Positions 62,109-64,000 of a DNA stretch of 64,000 nt are shown in pieces (the stretch's first letter is position 1; the number at the start of each line of letters is the position of its first letter). The notes beneath the pieces were generated by a model. That model was given only the letters and a program-made list of their open reading frames with translations, searched no databases and was not told where the DNA came from. Source of the DNA: Planctomycetota bacterium (GTDB lineage Bacteria > Planctomycetota > Phycisphaerae > FEN-1346); contig JAUVZF010000004.1 in assembly GCA_030602705.1 (NCBI GenBank), forward strand, positions 11,460-75,459, given 5' to 3'. Both the position numbers and the translations under genes were made by a program.

Positions 62109-62138
62109 TTGACACTCCTTTTGCGCGGGCGCTATACT
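62109..62138 (+). promoter_or_regulatory. sigma70-type promoter upstream of the lptD-like gene (TTGACA-N18-TATACT)
   Basis: TTGACA at 62109-62114 and TATACT at 62133-62138, 58 nt before the GTG at 62196. Confidence 0.5.
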
Positions 62139-62195
62139 CGCCGCCTGCCGGGGGGTTTCTGCGCTTTGGGTGCATCGGCTGGCCGCGGGAGCGAC

Positions 62196-64000
62196 GTGAA
62201 CAGCACCAGACCCACCTTTGTCCGTGTCCTCGTGTGTGCGGCCCTGACGCTGTGGGTCGCATCCGCCGGTGCAGGCGCCGCCGAGGCCGACGCGGCCGCG
62301 CCGGCGCCCATGATCCAGGTCACCGGGCGCATCATCCACACGTGGTACGCGCGGCCGGCCCTGCGTGTGATGCTGGTCATCGACGGTTTCACGGTCATGA
62401 CGGCGAAGGAGCAACTCACCGCCCGCGACGGCGTCGTCTGGTTCGACGAGCAGGCCGCCACCAAGACCGGCAAGGCCACGCTCGGCGTCTATGCCGAGAC
62501 CGGCGTCGAGTACAAAGACGCCGACGGCAAGGTCGAGACGTTCGACTCGGTGTACCTGGTGATGGAAAGCGCCGGGGAGGTCAACCTGCACTCCGACGAG
62601 TCGCTGCGCGGGAAGGCCGGGGATACGGAACTGTTCCTGCGGGCGAAGAAACTTCGCAAAGAGTACCAGGCGAGCGGCCGCCGCGAGACCCCGCTCACCG
62701 TCACGCCGCCGCCCGAGCCGCCCGAAAAGGTTGAGCCGCCCGGCGTCCGCGAGGCCGGCGTCCCGCAAGAGATCACGATCATCTCGCAAGACGACGTCCG
62801 GCAGGTCAACTTCACGAGTTTCGTCGAGAAGCAGAAAGACAGGGACGGGCGCGAGATCAACGTCCGCGTCAGCATCTGGACCGGCGGCGTGTACCTTACG
62901 CGCGGGGATATGGAGATGGCCGCCGACAACCTTGTCATCTGGACGCCCGAGGGGGCCGTCCGCGCCGCCGCCGGCCCCAAACCGAAAGCCGACGAAACCG
63001 GGCAACCGGCCGAAACGCAACCCGGCGACCGGAAGGCGCTCCCCGAACCCGCCGCCCCCACCGACACGTCTCGGCGCCTGGCGGCCGAGGCGTATTTCGA
63101 GGGGCACGTCCGCATCAACCAGGGCCGACGTATGCTTCAGTGCAGCCAACTGTACTACGACTTCCGGCGCGACCAGGCCCTGGCACTCAACACGAAGATC
63201 AGGACCTTCGCCAAGGTCCGCAACATACCGGTGTACTATTACGCTGAGGAGGTGCGGCAACTGGCCCAGGGCATCTTCGTGGGCACCAACGCCCGGATGA
63301 CCACGTGCGAGTTCGCCCATCCGCATTACACGATGGGCGGCCGCGAGATGACGCTGACCGACCTGACGTCCGTGCCGGAAAAGGAGCAGGAAGAGGGCCG
63401 GGAAGAGGGCCGGGAAGAACCCCAACACCGCCGCGTCCGCTTCGTCGGCAAAGACGTGACGTTCCGTGTCCGCAGCCTGCCCATCTCCTGGTGGCCGAGG
63501 ATGGCCGGCGACGTTACCGAAGACGTGACCGCCCTGCGGAGCATCCGCATTGAGAACCGCTCGAACCGCGGCACGGGCGTCACCACGCAGTGGCACCTGC
63601 TGAAACTCCTCGGCATCTGGGCCGAGCCGCCCGGCTTCAACATATACCTGAACGCCGATGCGTGGTCCGAGCGCGGCCCGGCCCTCGGCGTCGAGAGCGA
63701 TTACGCCCGCAAGGATTTCTACGGCGAGTTCCTCACCTACTTCATCCGCGACAGCGGCAAAGACAGCGTCGGAGGCGACGACGTGGAGCCCGGCAGCCAG
63801 AACCGCGGACGCATCCTCTGGCGACACCGACATTACCTGCCGAAGAACTGGGAGATGACCCTGGAACTGTCGAAAATCACCGACGCGAACTTCATGAACG
63901 AGTTCTACGAGCAGGAAGATGAGACCGGAAAAACCCAGGAAACGCTCCTCTACCTCAAGAAACAGGAAAATGACCAGGCACTCACGATCCTTCTCACCCA
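62196..64000 (+). CDS. lptD: LPS-assembly outer-membrane protein LptD/OstA-like, 3'-truncated by the window end
   Basis: This ORF is not in the ORF track because it has no stop in the window. I translated frame 0 by hand from the GTG at 62196 to nt 64000 without meeting a stop. It has a signal peptide (VLVCAALTLWVASAGAGA) and an OstA_N-like segment (MEMAADNLVIWTPEG, EAYFEGHVRINQGRRMLQCSQLYYDF). Later strings are TNARMTTCEF and ELSKITDANFMNEFYEQE. The antisense 589-aa ORF is a shadow ORF. Confidence 0.6.
   Translation, partial: MNSTRPTFVRVLVCAALTLWVASAGAGAAEADAAAPAPMIQVTGRIIHTWYARPALRVMLVIDGFTVMTAKEQLTARDGVVWFDEQAATKTGKATLGVYAETGVEYKDADGKVETFDSVYLVMESAGEVNLHSDESLRGKAGDTELFLRAKKLRKEYQASGRRETPLTVTPPPEPPEKVEPPGVREAGVPQEITIISQDDVRQVNFTSFVEKQKDRDGREINVRVSIWTGGVYLTRGDMEMAADNLVIWTPEGAVRAAAGPKPKADETGQPAETQPGDRKALPEPAAPTDTSRRLAAEAYFEGHVRINQGRRMLQCSQLYYDFRRDQALALNTKIRTFAKVRNIPVYYYAEEVRQLAQGIFVGTNARMTTCEFAHPHYTMGGREMTLTDLTSVPEKEQEEGREEGREEPQHRRVRFVGKDVTFRVRSLPISWWPRMAGDVTEDVTALRSIRIENRSNRGTGVTTQWHLLKLLGIWAEPPGFNIYLNADAWSERGPALGVESDYARKDFYGEFLTYFIRDSGKDSVGGDDVEPGSQNRGRILWRHRHYLPKNWEMTLELSKITDANFMNEFYEQEDETGKTQETLLYLKKQENDQALTILLT

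Noticed and set aside
62064-63833. 589-aa minus-strand ORF
   Set aside because: It is antisense to the hand-translated open plus-strand frame (62196 to the window end), which has a signal peptide and OstA/LptD-like strings. The minus ORF is Arg/Gly/Ala/Pro-rich.

Overview
This is a high-GC bacterial chromosome segment, roughly two-thirds G+C by eye (not computed). The gene content points to the PVC superphylum, most likely Planctomycetota (Phycisphaerae-like). The indicators are Cys-type sulfatases, PEP-CTERM proteins, a MoxR/DUF58/BatA_N/DUF4159 cluster, an H-X9-DG-like motif protein and an Hc1-type histone-like protein. About 50 protein genes are supportable. Recognisable housekeeping genes are bioF, fabZ-like, rpmH (missed by the ORF track), ilvE, lolD/lolE-like, lysS, rnr, xseA/xseB, ymdB, rny, dnaE, gltX, pabA/trpG and a 3'-truncated lptD-like gene that is open to the window end and absent from the ORF track. 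I found no tRNA, rRNA or CRISPR array. Many of the long ORFs in the track are antisense shadow ORFs typical of high-GC DNA. Two accessory stretches have visibly lower GC. (i) 43.0-48.4 kb, between dnaE and a sulfatase gene, carries a MITE-like element, twin palindromes, a hicB/hicA-like pair, a RAYT (IS200-like Y1) transposase and an overlapping two-gene operon. That operon encodes a SAMHD1/COG1078-type HD dNTPase-like protein plus an ImmA/IrrE Zn-metalloprotease, and it is bracketed by inverted copies of a repeat. It is my best candidate for an undescribed (defence-like) system. (ii) 51.8-55.6 kb carries an orphan MNT nucleotidyltransferase with a decapitated HEPN partner, a REP-rich stretch, and a three-gene operon (BNR lipoprotein, pentapeptide-repeat/2TM K+ channel fusion, unknown 134-aa protein). 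Intergenic DNA throughout holds several REP-like hairpin families and heptamer microsatellites. One hairpin family (GTTAGCC-stem-CTTG-stem in mRNA sense) supplies the actual TAG stop codon of four genes and has extended the xseA reading frame. All functional calls come from reading motifs in the translations. No database search was possible.
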